Shown here: positions 16,942 through 26,275 of the stretch, in pieces
How positions within the stretch are numbered: the stretch's first letter is position 1
Layout of the letters: each line of letters starts with the position of its first letter
Virus record (IMG/VR): IMGVR_UViG_3300033074_000580
Location: 159,270-223,269 of that record
Length of the DNA: 64,000 nucleotides
Strand: one strand, 5' to 3'
DNA from: a virus
Lineage: Duplodnaviria; Heunggongvirae; Uroviricota; Caudoviricetes
Translations under genes and position numbers: made by a program
The notes under the pieces: model-generated
What the model was told of the DNA's origin: nothing
What the model saw: the letters and a program-made list of their open reading frames with translations, nothing else
Database searches by the model: none

Positions 16942-17121
16942 CATGAAAGGAATATCTTATAGACCGTTAGCAGACATGCATAGTGATGGAGTATACTTCG
17001 ATAAAGATGAATTACTATTGGTAGGTGACGATAGTCTATGTCAATATAGTGGATTACCCTCCGTACAATCCTACGTATTCGTAAAAGAAGAAGAGGAAGA
17101 TGTGGTTATAGGACACTCATA
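16942..17121 (+). CDS. small hypothetical protein (59 aa) on the opposite strand
   Basis: manually read ATG ORF in the 245-nt gap, with a TAACTTTG -7-like box at 16914-16921. Confidence 0.25.
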
Positions 17122-17426
17122 AAGTACGTCTGAATAATATAAGATAACTTATATCCAGTGAACGCACCAAGTGCCGATGGGATTGGGAATACGATGAGTC
17201 TACCAAGGTCGGTGACGTATTTGGGACGATTAACAATCCTCCCCATAAAGAAATAGTATGCCAAATATCCCAATATAACCATGATATCAGTTCTGGTGGA
17301 TATGAATACCACAATGGTCGCACCCAAGAATCCAAAGATGAAGTTATCTCTTACCCCTTCGAACACCTCTTTGGGTCCACATTCATTCCATTCCTTAACA
17401 ATCTTTTGTAATTTCTTCTTGGCCAT
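17106..17426 (-). CDS. membrane protein (106 aa)
   Basis: two or three hydrophobic segments. Confidence 0.45.
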   Translation of the reverse strand: MAKKKLQKIVKEWNECGPKEVFEGVRDNFIFGFLGATIVVFISTRTDIMVILGYLAYYFFMGRIVNRPKYVTDLGRLIVFPIPSALGAFTGYKLSYIIQTYFMSVL

Positions 17427-17449
17427 ATACCATTAAATACCGTATGTAT

Positions 17450-18187
17450 TTATTTGGACTCGTTTATCCTTCTATTATCAACCTGTTCCTTCTTTGTTGC
17501 CCATCTACAATTATCTTTGGAATAGGCGTCAATCAATTTATGGTTATCAATCCTATCAATACTATGCGTCGGAGTGGGTTTGAAACCCATATCCTCAAAA
17601 AAATTCTCAAATGATTCCAACCACCTATCACATACCGTTAGTCCTCTTCCACCATAATCCTTAAAATGTATGGTCTTGGGATTATAACATCTCTGTTTTA
17701 ATGATTGCCAAGCCTTATACTCGGAAGTCTTATGCATATCATGCTTTGTAATTGTCTCCAAACTCCTCTCAATTCTATAACAACCACATGATGTGGTCTT
17801 TCCCGCCGTTAAATGTCTCATCTGAACCACACATATGTTCCCACATGTACATTCACACTCATATTGTCTATGGTCCCTTTTTTGATTATTGTATCTAATA
17901 CCCTCAACCTCCCTTTTCACCTTTAATCTACCATATACATCCCCAACATTTAAAAATGTTCTCCTACTCTTTAATCCATTCTCCTTGGAATTTTTAAATT
18001 TCTGACAACCGCAAGATGTTGTTGCACCATTTACCACATTAGTAAGTTTGATTACCTTCTCCACCCCACAATCACATTTACACAAAATCAACCTACCCGT
18101 GTACTTCTGACCCTCAGGTGTCGGAACTTCACGAATTATCTTTAGATATCCGTACTTCTTTTCATAATCTATTTCAATCTTTGCCAT
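17450..18187 (-). CDS. HNH homing endonuclease with N-terminal CxC...GC zinc-finger repeats
   Basis: C-terminal 'YGGRGLTVCDRW...SIDRIDNHK...NCRWATKKEQ' is a classic HNH motif. Confidence 0.85.
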   Translation of the reverse strand: MAKIEIDYEKKYGYLKIIREVPTPEGQKYTGRLILCKCDCGVEKVIKLTNVVNGATTSCGCQKFKNSKENGLKSRRTFLNVGDVYGRLKVKREVEGIRYNNQKRDHRQYECECTCGNICVVQMRHLTAGKTTSCGCYRIERSLETITKHDMHKTSEYKAWQSLKQRCYNPKTIHFKDYGGRGLTVCDRWLESFENFFEDMGFKPTPTHSIDRIDNHKLIDAYSKDNCRWATKKEQVDNRRINESK

Positions 18188-18195
18188 TCTTTATA

Positions 18196-18450
18196 CTATT
18201 GGGGTTGTTGTTCCCAGTTTTCCCTATTACTCCAACCCGTCATCCAATGTTCACGTTCTATTGTTCCAATATCATATGGACATTGACCTGGTGGGAGATT
18301 GTTATGATGTGCATCCCAACCTTGATATTGTTCGTATGGGATGGGAGTAGGTTCTTCCCTTATTCCACCCAAGAAATAATCATCCATCCTATCCATGTAG
18401 TCGGTGAATACTCTCTCGGGTTTATTTTGAAAAAATTTAAATGGTTTCAT
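18196..18450 (-). CDS. hypothetical protein with MKPFKFFQ leader (84 aa)
   Basis: ORF track; shares its N-terminal octapeptide with neighbouring genes. Confidence 0.5.
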   Translation of the reverse strand: MKPFKFFQNKPERVFTDYMDRMDDYFLGGIREEPTPIPYEQYQGWDAHHNNLPPGQCPYDIGTIEREHWMTGWSNRENWEQQPQ

Positions 18451-18453
18451 ATA

Positions 18454-18756
18454 TTAAGGTCTAAATCTTATCCATTGAATTGCAATCAAATCCACTAATA
18501 TATCAAATCTCCAACCAATTCCATCATTATCAATACTATGTACAAAACCATCAGGACCGGTAATTGATAAGATTATTGCAATATGTCCATCAGGAAATTG
18601 ATTTAGAAATGAATGAATACCAAAATGATAATCTAATGCAATATCGTAATTGTATTGGTCAAGATTCTCAAGTCTTCCCCACATCCACGATGCACCATTG
18701 TGTGGTGTTATCTCATCCTGATTGTTATCTTGAAAAAATTTAAAATCTTTTACCAC
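18454..18756 (-). CDS. hypothetical protein with M-VKDFKFFQ leader (100 aa)
   Basis: ORF track. Confidence 0.5.
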   Translation of the reverse strand: MVKDFKFFQDNNQDEITPHNGASWMWGRLENLDQYNYDIALDYHFGIHSFLNQFPDGHIAIILSITGPDGFVHSIDNDGIGWRFDILVDLIAIQWIRFRP

Positions 18757-19250
18757 ACACTTAATATTTTTGCTATCGTTAGAATTACAAATATTGTTAA
18801 TCCTCCGGCAATTGCAATTACACCTGCTGGGTCTTTAAACCAAAACTGTTCTTGAAAGAATATCTTTATCTTCATCCACCATTTTGGATTTGTTGTTGTT
18901 GCTATTGGTGTGCCGGTGAAGAATGGTACAATTCTTTCTCCACCATTTATTCTTCTAATCAATCTCAATCTTTCTTGGTGCTCTTGGTCTTCGATTCTTT
19001 GTCTGGTTAATTGAGTTGGTTGAATAGTTTCAAAACGTCCTAACTCCCTGTCAAAATAATATCTATCCGCCTCCATATGTGTACCTCGATACAATCTATC
19101 ATATGTGGCACGGTCTGTGTGATATAATCTTCTTCGATACATATGACCACCAGGAGTGTCCTCATTAAACGATGCGGTTGCTTGAGTTAAATCATTTAAC
19201 ATCTGCGGGTCATCGAGTGTCCCCTTCTGAAAAAATTTAAATGGCTTCAC
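18750..19250 (-). CDS. hypothetical protein with MKPFKFFQ leader and C-terminal TM segment (166 aa)
   Basis: GTG start; ORF track. Confidence 0.5.
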   Translation of the reverse strand: MKPFKFFQKGTLDDPQMLNDLTQATASFNEDTPGGHMYRRRLYHTDRATYDRLYRGTHMEADRYYFDRELGRFETIQPTQLTRQRIEDQEHQERLRLIRRINGGERIVPFFTGTPIATTTNPKWWMKIKIFFQEQFWFKDPAGVIAIAGGLTIFVILTIAKILSVW

Positions 19251-19548
19251 TGTATTGTATTTGTTCTTCTTTTATTTCTTCAATCAATGGTTGGTTTTCC
19301 AATTCCTCAATTACGATATTGATAGCTTCAGGGTAATGTGTGTCACCACTTCGAAAGTTTATACCTACTAAACCTAATACCTCATTGTTAATGTAGTGAC
19401 GATTCTTACCTTTACCATTCACAATCTCGTGGTCCATCGAAACATCATCCCAACTTTCTAAGACACATTGATGTCCACCTTTAATTTTGTAATGTAATCT
19501 CACAATATTATTGTGAGAAAATTGTTTGATGAATTCTCCTAATTTCAT
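19237..19548 (-). CDS. hypothetical protein (103 aa)
   Basis: ORF track. Confidence 0.45.
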   Translation of the reverse strand: MKLGEFIKQFSHNNIVRLHYKIKGGHQCVLESWDDVSMDHEIVNGKGKNRHYINNEVLGLVGINFRSGDTHYPEAINIVIEELENQPLIEEIKEEQIQYSEAI

Positions 19549-19552
19549 ATTT

Positions 19553-19753
19553 TTAATTTTCTATATCAACGTGAAAAAATATCGAGTCCCATTTAGAGTG
19601 AGCCATAAAACGTGTACCATCTTTACATTCATAAAGATTAACCGGTTTACCATTAACAATGTCTGTGAATCTAAACTCTATAAATTTTGCAAATAATCTT
19701 TTTATCATCACTAATTGTTTTCGTAAATCAATGTATAGTCTCCATTGATACAA
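19553..19753 (-). CDS. hypothetical protein (66 aa)
   Basis: ORF track. Confidence 0.35.
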   Translation of the reverse strand: MYQWRLYIDLRKQLVMIKRLFAKFIEFRFTDIVNGKPVNLYECKDGTRFMAHSKWDSIFFHVDIEN

Positions 19754-19950
19754 ACATTTTTCTTATTTGTATCTCTAAAATATATTGTTCTTCCTGTAAC
19801 ATTAAACTGGTTACAATGATACACTCTGTCTGCGGCATATATTGTATACTTTGCGGGTTTATCAGATGTAAACAAACTAATCAACTTTACAAATGTCACA
19901 AATGCAATTAACAACATTGCAAATACAACCGTTTTTTTAAATGGTGTCAT
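19711..19950 (-). CDS. small secreted/membrane protein (79 aa)
   Basis: N-terminal hydrophobic signal-like segment. Confidence 0.4.
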   Translation of the reverse strand: MTPFKKTVVFAMLLIAFVTFVKLISLFTSDKPAKYTIYAADRVYHCNQFNVTGRTIYFRDTNKKNVCINGDYTLIYENN

Positions 19951-20285
19951 AGAAATTTTCTAATTTTATAGTACAACTTAAACAATCTTTTATATAACCA
20001 CTCAGGTTTCCTATAATAGAAACCCTTACTCTTTGTTTTTGGATAAGACCAATGATAACCAACCATTTGTTCAAATAGAAACTTTCTTAATCTGAATTTA
20101 ACTTCCTCCCAAAACGATAACATGTAGATATCACATGTTATTTTTTCATAATCACCTTCTATTTTAGTTTCAAACCAAAATAATGTGTTTCCCATTCTAC
20201 ACAAACCAGATAGATGAACATCGTAATGATTGGATATCCAAACAAAATCAATTTCATCATATGGTAATGTTGCTATTCGTTTCAT
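19947..20285 (-). CDS. hypothetical protein (112 aa)
   Basis: ORF track. Confidence 0.45.
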   Translation of the reverse strand: MKRIATLPYDEIDFVWISNHYDVHLSGLCRMGNTLFWFETKIEGDYEKITCDIYMLSFWEEVKFRLRKFLFEQMVGYHWSYPKTKSKGFYYRKPEWLYKRLFKLYYKIRKFL

Positions 20286-20872
20286 TTTAATAATTCATTT
20301 AAAACGTGTTTGGCAAATTTCTTATGTCCTGAAGATTTTAAATGAATACCATCATCAGAATCACTTCTGTCTACAGTATTATCCATAGGAATGATTCTAC
20401 ATCCAGTAATTCTTTCTTGAATTTTCTTTTGTAGTTTTATGTATCGATTTCTACAACGAGTGGTTGTTGCATCGTCATAAGTTGTTCTAACATTAACCTT
20501 CTCAGGGTTATAACCAACAATAACAATGACTTCCATCTCATATAGATTACCTAAGTCAACCATCGATTGAATGTTATTCAATGTTTCCGTTTCACTAGTC
20601 ATCGCAAATGAATCATTGATACCACCGTATATAATTAAAGTTGAATGAAATTCATTTTTCTTTAAGTAAGATTCCAATGTTGATAACATCCACTTAGTTC
20701 TTTTACCTCCTTTTGATATGTTATGAAACTTCATATCCATACCCTTAGCCACACTTGATTGCCATCCACCACTATAACAAGTTAAACTATCTCCCACAAA
20801 TAATATCCTTCTACCTGTCTCAGATTTAAAAGATACCATAGTTAAACATAAAAATAAAATTACTCCCCTCAT
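20282..20872 (-). CDS. SGNH/GDSL hydrolase
   Basis: 'ILFVGDSLT' block I with the catalytic Ser; signal-like N-terminus. Confidence 0.7.
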   Translation of the reverse strand: MRGVILFLCLTMVSFKSETGRRILFVGDSLTCYSGGWQSSVAKGMDMKFHNISKGGKRTKWMLSTLESYLKKNEFHSTLIIYGGINDSFAMTSETETLNNIQSMVDLGNLYEMEVIVIVGYNPEKVNVRTTYDDATTTRCRNRYIKLQKKIQERITGCRIIPMDNTVDRSDSDDGIHLKSSGHKKFAKHVLNELLK

Positions 20873-20899
20873 AATGGATTTATAAAGTTGTGATTCGTA

Positions 20900-21136
20900 T
20901 TATTTAACAGTTATTCCAACTGGATATGATTGACTACGTCCCTCAACAATGTACAAAGTATCATCGCCATAAGTGTAAACTGAAACATAACCAGATGATA
21001 TTTCTAATCTATCTGCAACTTTTTTAAAGTTAGAAACTGATTCAGATACAACATGTTCTGTTTGTGTGTTTTGTGGTTCACAAGAAATTAGTGACATCAA
21101 TACTAATCCTATAATAATTCCTAATAATGTTTTCAT
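20900..21136 (-). CDS. lipoprotein (78 aa)
   Basis: signal peptide ending in 'LISC' (lipobox-like Cys). Confidence 0.5.
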   Translation of the reverse strand: MKTLLGIIIGLVLMSLISCEPQNTQTEHVVSESVSNFKKVADRLEISSGYVSVYTYGDDTLYIVEGRSQSYPVGITVK

Positions 21137-21142
21137 TTGATT

Positions 21143-21742
21143 TTAATTTAATGAGTTTGGATAATATAATAATGTTGGGTTTTTCTTTTGAATATCGGTG
21201 TTAGGAAATTGTTTTTTAAATTCCGTTACATCGAATCGTTTTGTAATAAGATGAACTCCACTATTTGTTGGAATAACTGCCTCAACCTTCGGCCCCTCTG
21301 GTCTTAACATATAGATTTCATTACTGATTAAGTTTTCAATTCCATTCTCTTTTGAATCTATATCCACAATCCATCTCTTCTCTTGTGTTTTGATTTGTCC
21401 AACTACGGAATCAAACACATTCTTTTGATTTATTTGGCCAGATTGAATACGAGTAACGATTTCAGATATCATGTTCAACCCAACATCCATATGATTTTGT
21501 TTACACACATGGATATAAGCACGTGCCTTAAACACCTCACATAACATCTTAATCTCATCATATCTTTTATCAAGATATTCATGTGATGTGATGCAATATG
21601 ATTTGATTGTTCTAACTGATTGATGATTATCTTTCTCACCTTCGGGTTGGTCTTTCTTGCGCAGAAAAACATACAATTGATAGAAGTCACCTTCCTTATC
21701 AAATGTCAACAATGGTTTTATAAGCTTAATGTTATCAATCAT
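21143..21742 (-). CDS. hypothetical protein (199 aa)
   Basis: ORF track. Confidence 0.5.
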   Translation of the reverse strand: MIDNIKLIKPLLTFDKEGDFYQLYVFLRKKDQPEGEKDNHQSVRTIKSYCITSHEYLDKRYDEIKMLCEVFKARAYIHVCKQNHMDVGLNMISEIVTRIQSGQINQKNVFDSVVGQIKTQEKRWIVDIDSKENGIENLISNEIYMLRPEGPKVEAVIPTNSGVHLITKRFDVTEFKKQFPNTDIQKKNPTLLYYPNSLN

Positions 21743-21835
21743 GTTAATGAATGTTATTTTTCTTTGTTACCAAATTTGTATCCGACGGAAAACCATAAGA
21801 TACATAAAATTACTACTTTATAGAATTCCATTTTG

Positions 21836-22348
21836 TTAAAGTTTAATGTAACTGATTCCTCCTTGTGTTCCCTTTAATGGATTGTTGTATTTTAATTCGG
21901 CAGATTCTCTACTAATAATCTTTCCGTTTTTATGAAACAACGCCCATTTCCATTCTTTGTTAGGTCTATAACCAGGACCCTTCCAATGATGATGGATACC
22001 TTTTTCGTATTTTTCTAATTTAGTTATGGTTGCTTCCAACACATATTCATCAGACACCTCAAGATAAACCATACCTTCATATATTTTATCTCTCTTAGGA
22101 CAATTATACATTACCGCATAACCACAATCTTTAGAAATGTCTAAGTCCTCATTACTACGAGCACTAATCACAATGGCGAGTTGGTCATGAGTAACCTCAA
22201 CTTTTTTCTTTGTGACTTTGGGTAGAACCTCAACTAACTTTTTAATGTTACCTCTGTGAGCTCTAACCGCATCTTGCATTGTATTGTATAATGTTGATGG
22301 TTCACTACCATCTAACAATACAACTTTATAAGCCTTTTCTACTATCAT
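21836..22348 (-). CDS. hypothetical protein (170 aa)
   Basis: ORF track. Confidence 0.5.
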   Translation of the reverse strand: MIVEKAYKVVLLDGSEPSTLYNTMQDAVRAHRGNIKKLVEVLPKVTKKKVEVTHDQLAIVISARSNEDLDISKDCGYAVMYNCPKRDKIYEGMVYLEVSDEYVLEATITKLEKYEKGIHHHWKGPGYRPNKEWKWALFHKNGKIISRESAELKYNNPLKGTQGGISYIKL

Positions 22349-22349
22349 T

Positions 22350-22745
22350 TTATTCTTTTGGTTTAATTAGTTTAACATTTTTAATTGTTGTTTGTTTGTC
22401 TTTTGGGTTGATAAGAATATCGATACGTTTTTTATATCGTTTATTCATGACATCTTGGACGACGTATTCACCATTGAATTTACCTGCGTTTTTGATTGTA
22501 AGTTTTGTTCCAAACGGATATTTCTTTTTTAAATCTCTTGACACCGCCATTATGCGATGTTTCTTTGGATTCTTCTTACTAATTTTAAAACCAGATGCGG
22601 TAATTCTTGGGTGTTTATCTGTCTCAGAACCAACAGACTTATATGTTGTTAGGGTAACAACTTCAAACGGTTCAACTTCTATACTATCTTCGTTAACTTC
22701 CTGTGGAAATATAACGAACATCATTAAAAATAATAGTATATTCAT
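22350..22745 (-). CDS. secreted protein (131 aa)
   Basis: trimmed to the ATG that gives the signal peptide MNILLFLMMFVIF; perfect minus-strand promoter upstream. Confidence 0.5.
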   Translation of the reverse strand: MNILLFLMMFVIFPQEVNEDSIEVEPFEVVTLTTYKSVGSETDKHPRITASGFKISKKNPKKHRIMAVSRDLKKKYPFGTKLTIKNAGKFNGEYVVQDVMNKRYKKRIDILINPKDKQTTIKNVKLIKPKE

Positions 22746-22769
22746 TTTTGTATGTGTTTGTTTCTTCTC

Positions 22770-22802
22770 CAAAGATATTATATTTTTTTGAATATTCCAA
22801 AA
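22770..22802 (-). promoter_or_regulatory. minus-strand Bacteroidota-type promoter, TTTTGGAATATTC class
   Basis: minus strand reads TTTGgaatattcaaaaaaatataaTATCTTTG. Confidence 0.65.
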
Positions 22803-23381
22803 CTATATCAAAGTATCTCGTTTTCTTTGAATATAATTCATACCAATAGTACCATTTTGTAATCTTCGTTTACTATCTAATAAATCCAAATACTTTAAAT
22901 CACCCATGTTAAGAAACGATTTAACTTTTTCAACATCTTCTTTTTCTTCAAATAAGTTTTCGTATGTTGTTCTTAACGCATTGATATTCAACTCATCTAA
23001 TTTTTCTGATAATTTTCCAACCCAGTTTTCCATTCGATTGATTTCATCCTTATGTCTTTCAACCCAGTCGTTATTTAATTCATATGTTTTGTGATTTTTA
23101 TAATCACCAACTTTATTATCCGAATAAACCCAACTGATTGCAACATCTCTAAAATTCAATCGTTTATGAATTATCACCTTATCAAATTTAGATATGAAAT
23201 CATTATCAATTCTAAATAAAAACTCTTTAACCACAATGTTATCGTGGTCAATATAATCAAGAAGTTCTTCGTGATTCGGGGAAAACGGTTCGTGTAAATG
23301 AATATAGTTTAATTCACTTGAAATCCAAGTACTTAAAGAATATCCACCCGACCTTGGATATGTTATAATCAATATTCTCAT
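22803..23381 (-). CDS. sulfotransferase-family protein
   Basis: 'TYPRSGGYSLSTW' resembles the 5'-PSB PAPS-binding motif; 'FRDVAISWVY' resembles the 3'-PB motif. Confidence 0.55.
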   Translation of the reverse strand: MRILIITYPRSGGYSLSTWISSELNYIHLHEPFSPNHEELLDYIDHDNIVVKEFLFRIDNDFISKFDKVIIHKRLNFRDVAISWVYSDNKVGDYKNHKTYELNNDWVERHKDEINRMENWVGKLSEKLDELNINALRTTYENLFEEKEDVEKVKSFLNMGDLKYLDLLDSKRRLQNGTIGMNYIQRKRDTLI

Positions 23382-23623
23382 TCATCATAGTTTTTAATTA
23401 GTTTCTCCCATTCGGGTCTTAATAAGATTTTAGGTAATTCTATTTCAGGAGTTGCACCATCATCCTCTTTTGATGTTAAATGCCAAGAACCACATAGTGG
23501 ACAATGGTACGAGCGTATCTCTCTTCGGTATTGTTTTCTACCGAAGCGAGTATCTCTGATATAGTTCAGAGCAGTCTTCGCACCTTTTTTAGTGAATTTA
23601 GATTTTTCACACTCTTTGTCCAT
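23378..23623 (-). CDS. zinc-ribbon protein (81 aa)
   Basis: 'CPLCGSWH' motif; minus-strand promoter upstream. Confidence 0.45.
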   Translation of the reverse strand: MDKECEKSKFTKKGAKTALNYIRDTRFGRKQYRREIRSYHCPLCGSWHLTSKEDDGATPEIELPKILLRPEWEKLIKNYDE

Positions 23624-23627
23624 AGGA

Positions 23628-23660
23628 CAAATGTAACTAATTTTTCAGAATATTCCAAAA
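23628..23660 (-). promoter_or_regulatory. minus-strand promoter, TTTTGGAATATTC class
   Basis: minus strand reads TTTGgaatattctgaaaaattagtTACATTTG. Confidence 0.65.
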
Positions 23661-23664
23661 AATA

Positions 23665-23913
23665 TTATAGCTTTTCTAACACTATTTTATTTAATTCACT
23701 ATCCCTCAGGGCTATGGTTTGACAAACCTCACCACTATTAGTTAATAGGGAAACTAAATAAACCCCGTTTTGACGTAATTTGATTTTAATTATTTCACCA
23801 CATATGAATCCCATTTCCATCAATCTTAATCGAATACAAGGTTTACATTTTAAACAATGTTCAGCTTCGGGAATATCGATAACTTTATATAATTCACCAA
23901 TTTCTAATTTCAT
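23665..23913 (-). CDS. FeoA-like (SH3-like) domain protein
   Basis: 'RLRLMEMGFICGEIIKIK...GEVCQTIALRDSELNKIVLE' matches the FeoA pattern. Confidence 0.5.
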   Translation of the reverse strand: MKLEIGELYKVIDIPEAEHCLKCKPCIRLRLMEMGFICGEIIKIKLRQNGVYLVSLLTNSGEVCQTIALRDSELNKIVLEKL

Positions 23914-24641
23914 TTATAATTTTTTAAATAATATTCTAAATCTTCTGGCGTCCCAAGTCCCCACATATCTTTTGATTCAATCATATAGTTGTATATTTGT
24001 AAACCATTACCGATTGCTTCGTTATAAACAGGACAAACATAAAATTCATTATTAACTCGGATGTTCTTATCAATCATTTGTTCTGCGGATTTAACAAAAT
24101 CCGAACCATGTTTCCAATAGTAAATTCCTGCAGTTGCCTTATTTGATATTGCTCTTTTTTCCGCAACCTCAGTTATTAGATTGGTGTTGCTGTTTACCCT
24201 TGCAAATGACCACTTCTCATCATATGCTTCGAAACACATTATTGCGCCATCATATTCTTTAACCGCACCCATGAAATCATTTGAGTCCCATATAATTAAC
24301 TGGTCTGAATTCATGATGATTAAAGGGTTATCATTATTGATTAGTTCTTTAGATGCCAACACACTACACGCAGCACCTTCAGTTAATCCATTAACTTCCA
24401 CAATTGAGAAGTTAGGAGTGAAAGATAAAATATCATCCAATGGATAATCGAGTCTATGTTCCTTTTGAACGATGTATATGAAATGAGCATCTATGTTCAT
24501 GGATTCAACAACCAATTTAACCATCGGTTTTCCATTAACATCAATCAATGGTTTTGGCAATTCGTATCCAACCTTTTGGAATCGACTACCCAATCCCGCC
24601 ATTGGGATTACAACATTTAATTTATTGTTTTTATATTTCAT
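23910..24641 (-). CDS. sugar-phosphate nucleotidyltransferase
   Basis: N-terminal 'VIPMAGLGSRF' NTP-transferase signature. Confidence 0.7.
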   Translation of the reverse strand: MKYKNNKLNVVIPMAGLGSRFQKVGYELPKPLIDVNGKPMVKLVVESMNIDAHFIYIVQKEHRLDYPLDDILSFTPNFSIVEVNGLTEGAACSVLASKELINNDNPLIIMNSDQLIIWDSNDFMGAVKEYDGAIMCFEAYDEKWSFARVNSNTNLITEVAEKRAISNKATAGIYYWKHGSDFVKSAEQMIDKNIRVNNEFYVCPVYNEAIGNGLQIYNYMIESKDMWGLGTPEDLEYYLKNYK

Positions 24642-25492
24642 TAAAATAAATAATCTTTATAACTAATATTATGTTGGTCCATGTATTTTTTTATATCCAC
24701 AAATCTTTCTTCTTTAACCATGTTTTTCCAATTATATGCGAATCTATGTGAATCAATAACATCTTTGTTATATTCTAATTTACCATTTAAAAAATCCATA
24801 TAATCTGGTCTTATCAACATAGGCTCAACCATACCAGATTTTTGGTAGATTAGTCTATGTTTCATATAGAATGATGTTAGTTTATGATGTGGATTGGCAA
24901 TGTATAAATTTTTCTTATTTAATGTTAACTCAGTATCATATAATCTTGAACAAAATACATTAGACGCAACCGAACCCGCCTTCATGAAAAAATCGGAAGA
25001 CATTGGATAATCATCTTTAGTTGATTCAAAATGAATATCTAAATTTGTTATCTCCAATGAAAATATTTTAGATTTTAGATGTTTAAAATTTTTATTTTCA
25101 ATTTTATATAAAACATCCGGTCTAATAAAAATCACAAAGTCATAATCAAAATTAAAACTAACTTCTCGTTTTCTTTTTGCAATTGATAATATTGAATCTA
25201 AGTAAGCAATCTTCAAATAATTATTTTTTTTAAATGAAGATTCATATTCAACGGATTGTTCATGAAAGTTATTTCTTACAATTGCACCGGTTTCTTTTAC
25301 AGATGCATTTAGATAAACTAAATTATAATTTTTGAAATCCTCATAAATCGCTTCATTATTTACGGTTCCTGAATCCCACATCGCAATATACCAATCGGGG
25401 TTATCATATAAAGTATTAAACAATTCAATTGTTTCGTTTTTTATTAGATTCCACGTTCTAGCATGACCCCTTAAAAATATTGCAACTTTCAT
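24641..25492 (-). CDS. hypothetical protein, paralog family A (283 aa)
   Basis: N-terminus 'MKVAIFLRGHARTW...YIAMWDSG' parallels that of 45414..46136. Confidence 0.55.
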   Translation of the reverse strand: MKVAIFLRGHARTWNLIKNETIELFNTLYDNPDWYIAMWDSGTVNNEAIYEDFKNYNLVYLNASVKETGAIVRNNFHEQSVEYESSFKKNNYLKIAYLDSILSIAKRKREVSFNFDYDFVIFIRPDVLYKIENKNFKHLKSKIFSLEITNLDIHFESTKDDYPMSSDFFMKAGSVASNVFCSRLYDTELTLNKKNLYIANPHHKLTSFYMKHRLIYQKSGMVEPMLIRPDYMDFLNGKLEYNKDVIDSHRFAYNWKNMVKEERFVDIKKYMDQHNISYKDYLF

Positions 25493-25971
25493 TATATTTC
25501 AAATAAATTTAATCCAATTCTATTTCCCATCCAAGGAATGATATTATTATGTATTTTTTCAGGATTATCTAATATCATGGTATTAGCCGACATTATAGCC
25601 GACGATAAAGTTACCACCGCGTTTTTATGACCACCAAACCAACTATGTTTAAAATTTGGTTTTATAGATTCTAAATAAATTTCATCGGGTTTGGGTTCAC
25701 CGATACTCTCAATAATTTTTTTTATATTGACCCCATTTGAATCCCAAATTAAAATAGACTGTGTATATTTTTGTTCACCAAATACTGAATCATATTTAAA
25801 TAACTCCTCTTCAATATCAATACCACCCAATCCAATATTTTTATATGTGGATACCGTAAAATCATATGGCGTGTTAATAACTTTTACATTAGGAATGTTT
25901 AAAGTTATTTCAGTATCCTTATATAAATTACAAACTATGGTCATTATCTTTTTAAAAAATATGATTGCCAA
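25492..25971 (-). CDS. hypothetical protein (159 aa)
   Basis: ORF track. Confidence 0.5.
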   Translation of the reverse strand: MAIIFFKKIMTIVCNLYKDTEITLNIPNVKVINTPYDFTVSTYKNIGLGGIDIEEELFKYDSVFGEQKYTQSILIWDSNGVNIKKIIESIGEPKPDEIYLESIKPNFKHSWFGGHKNAVVTLSSAIMSANTMILDNPEKIHNNIIPWMGNRIGLNLFEI

Positions 25972-26264
25972 ACCATTTTCTTATAATATGAATGACTACT
26001 CTTAGTTGATTTTAATTTACCCTCTCTTTTCTCAAGATAGTTTTTAAACCACTCAGTATTTCTTTTTTCGTCAACATATTTTTGTTCTTCCTTATTTTTC
26101 TTTTCTTTACTCAAAAAACTTCTACATCTAGTACATTTAGTAAAATTAGAATGTTTCATTTTTTTACTATAAAAAAGTTCGATATCCTTAACCTTATCGC
26201 AACACCCACAGTATCTCAAACCTTTTTCTTCAAATTCGAGTTTCATTTTTTTAGTTACCAACAT
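25944..26264 (-). CDS. basic zinc-finger protein (106 aa)
   Basis: 'CGCCDKV...CTRC'; Lys-rich. Confidence 0.45.
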   Translation of the reverse strand: MLVTKKMKLEFEEKGLRYCGCCDKVKDIELFYSKKMKHSNFTKCTRCRSFLSKEKKNKEEQKYVDEKRNTEWFKNYLEKREGKLKSTKSSHSYYKKMVWQSYFLKR

Positions 26265-26275
26265 ATAAATAATGT

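Noticed and set aside
17117-17335. ORF 17117..17335 (-)
   Set aside because: Alternative frame inside the membrane-protein gene 17106..17426.
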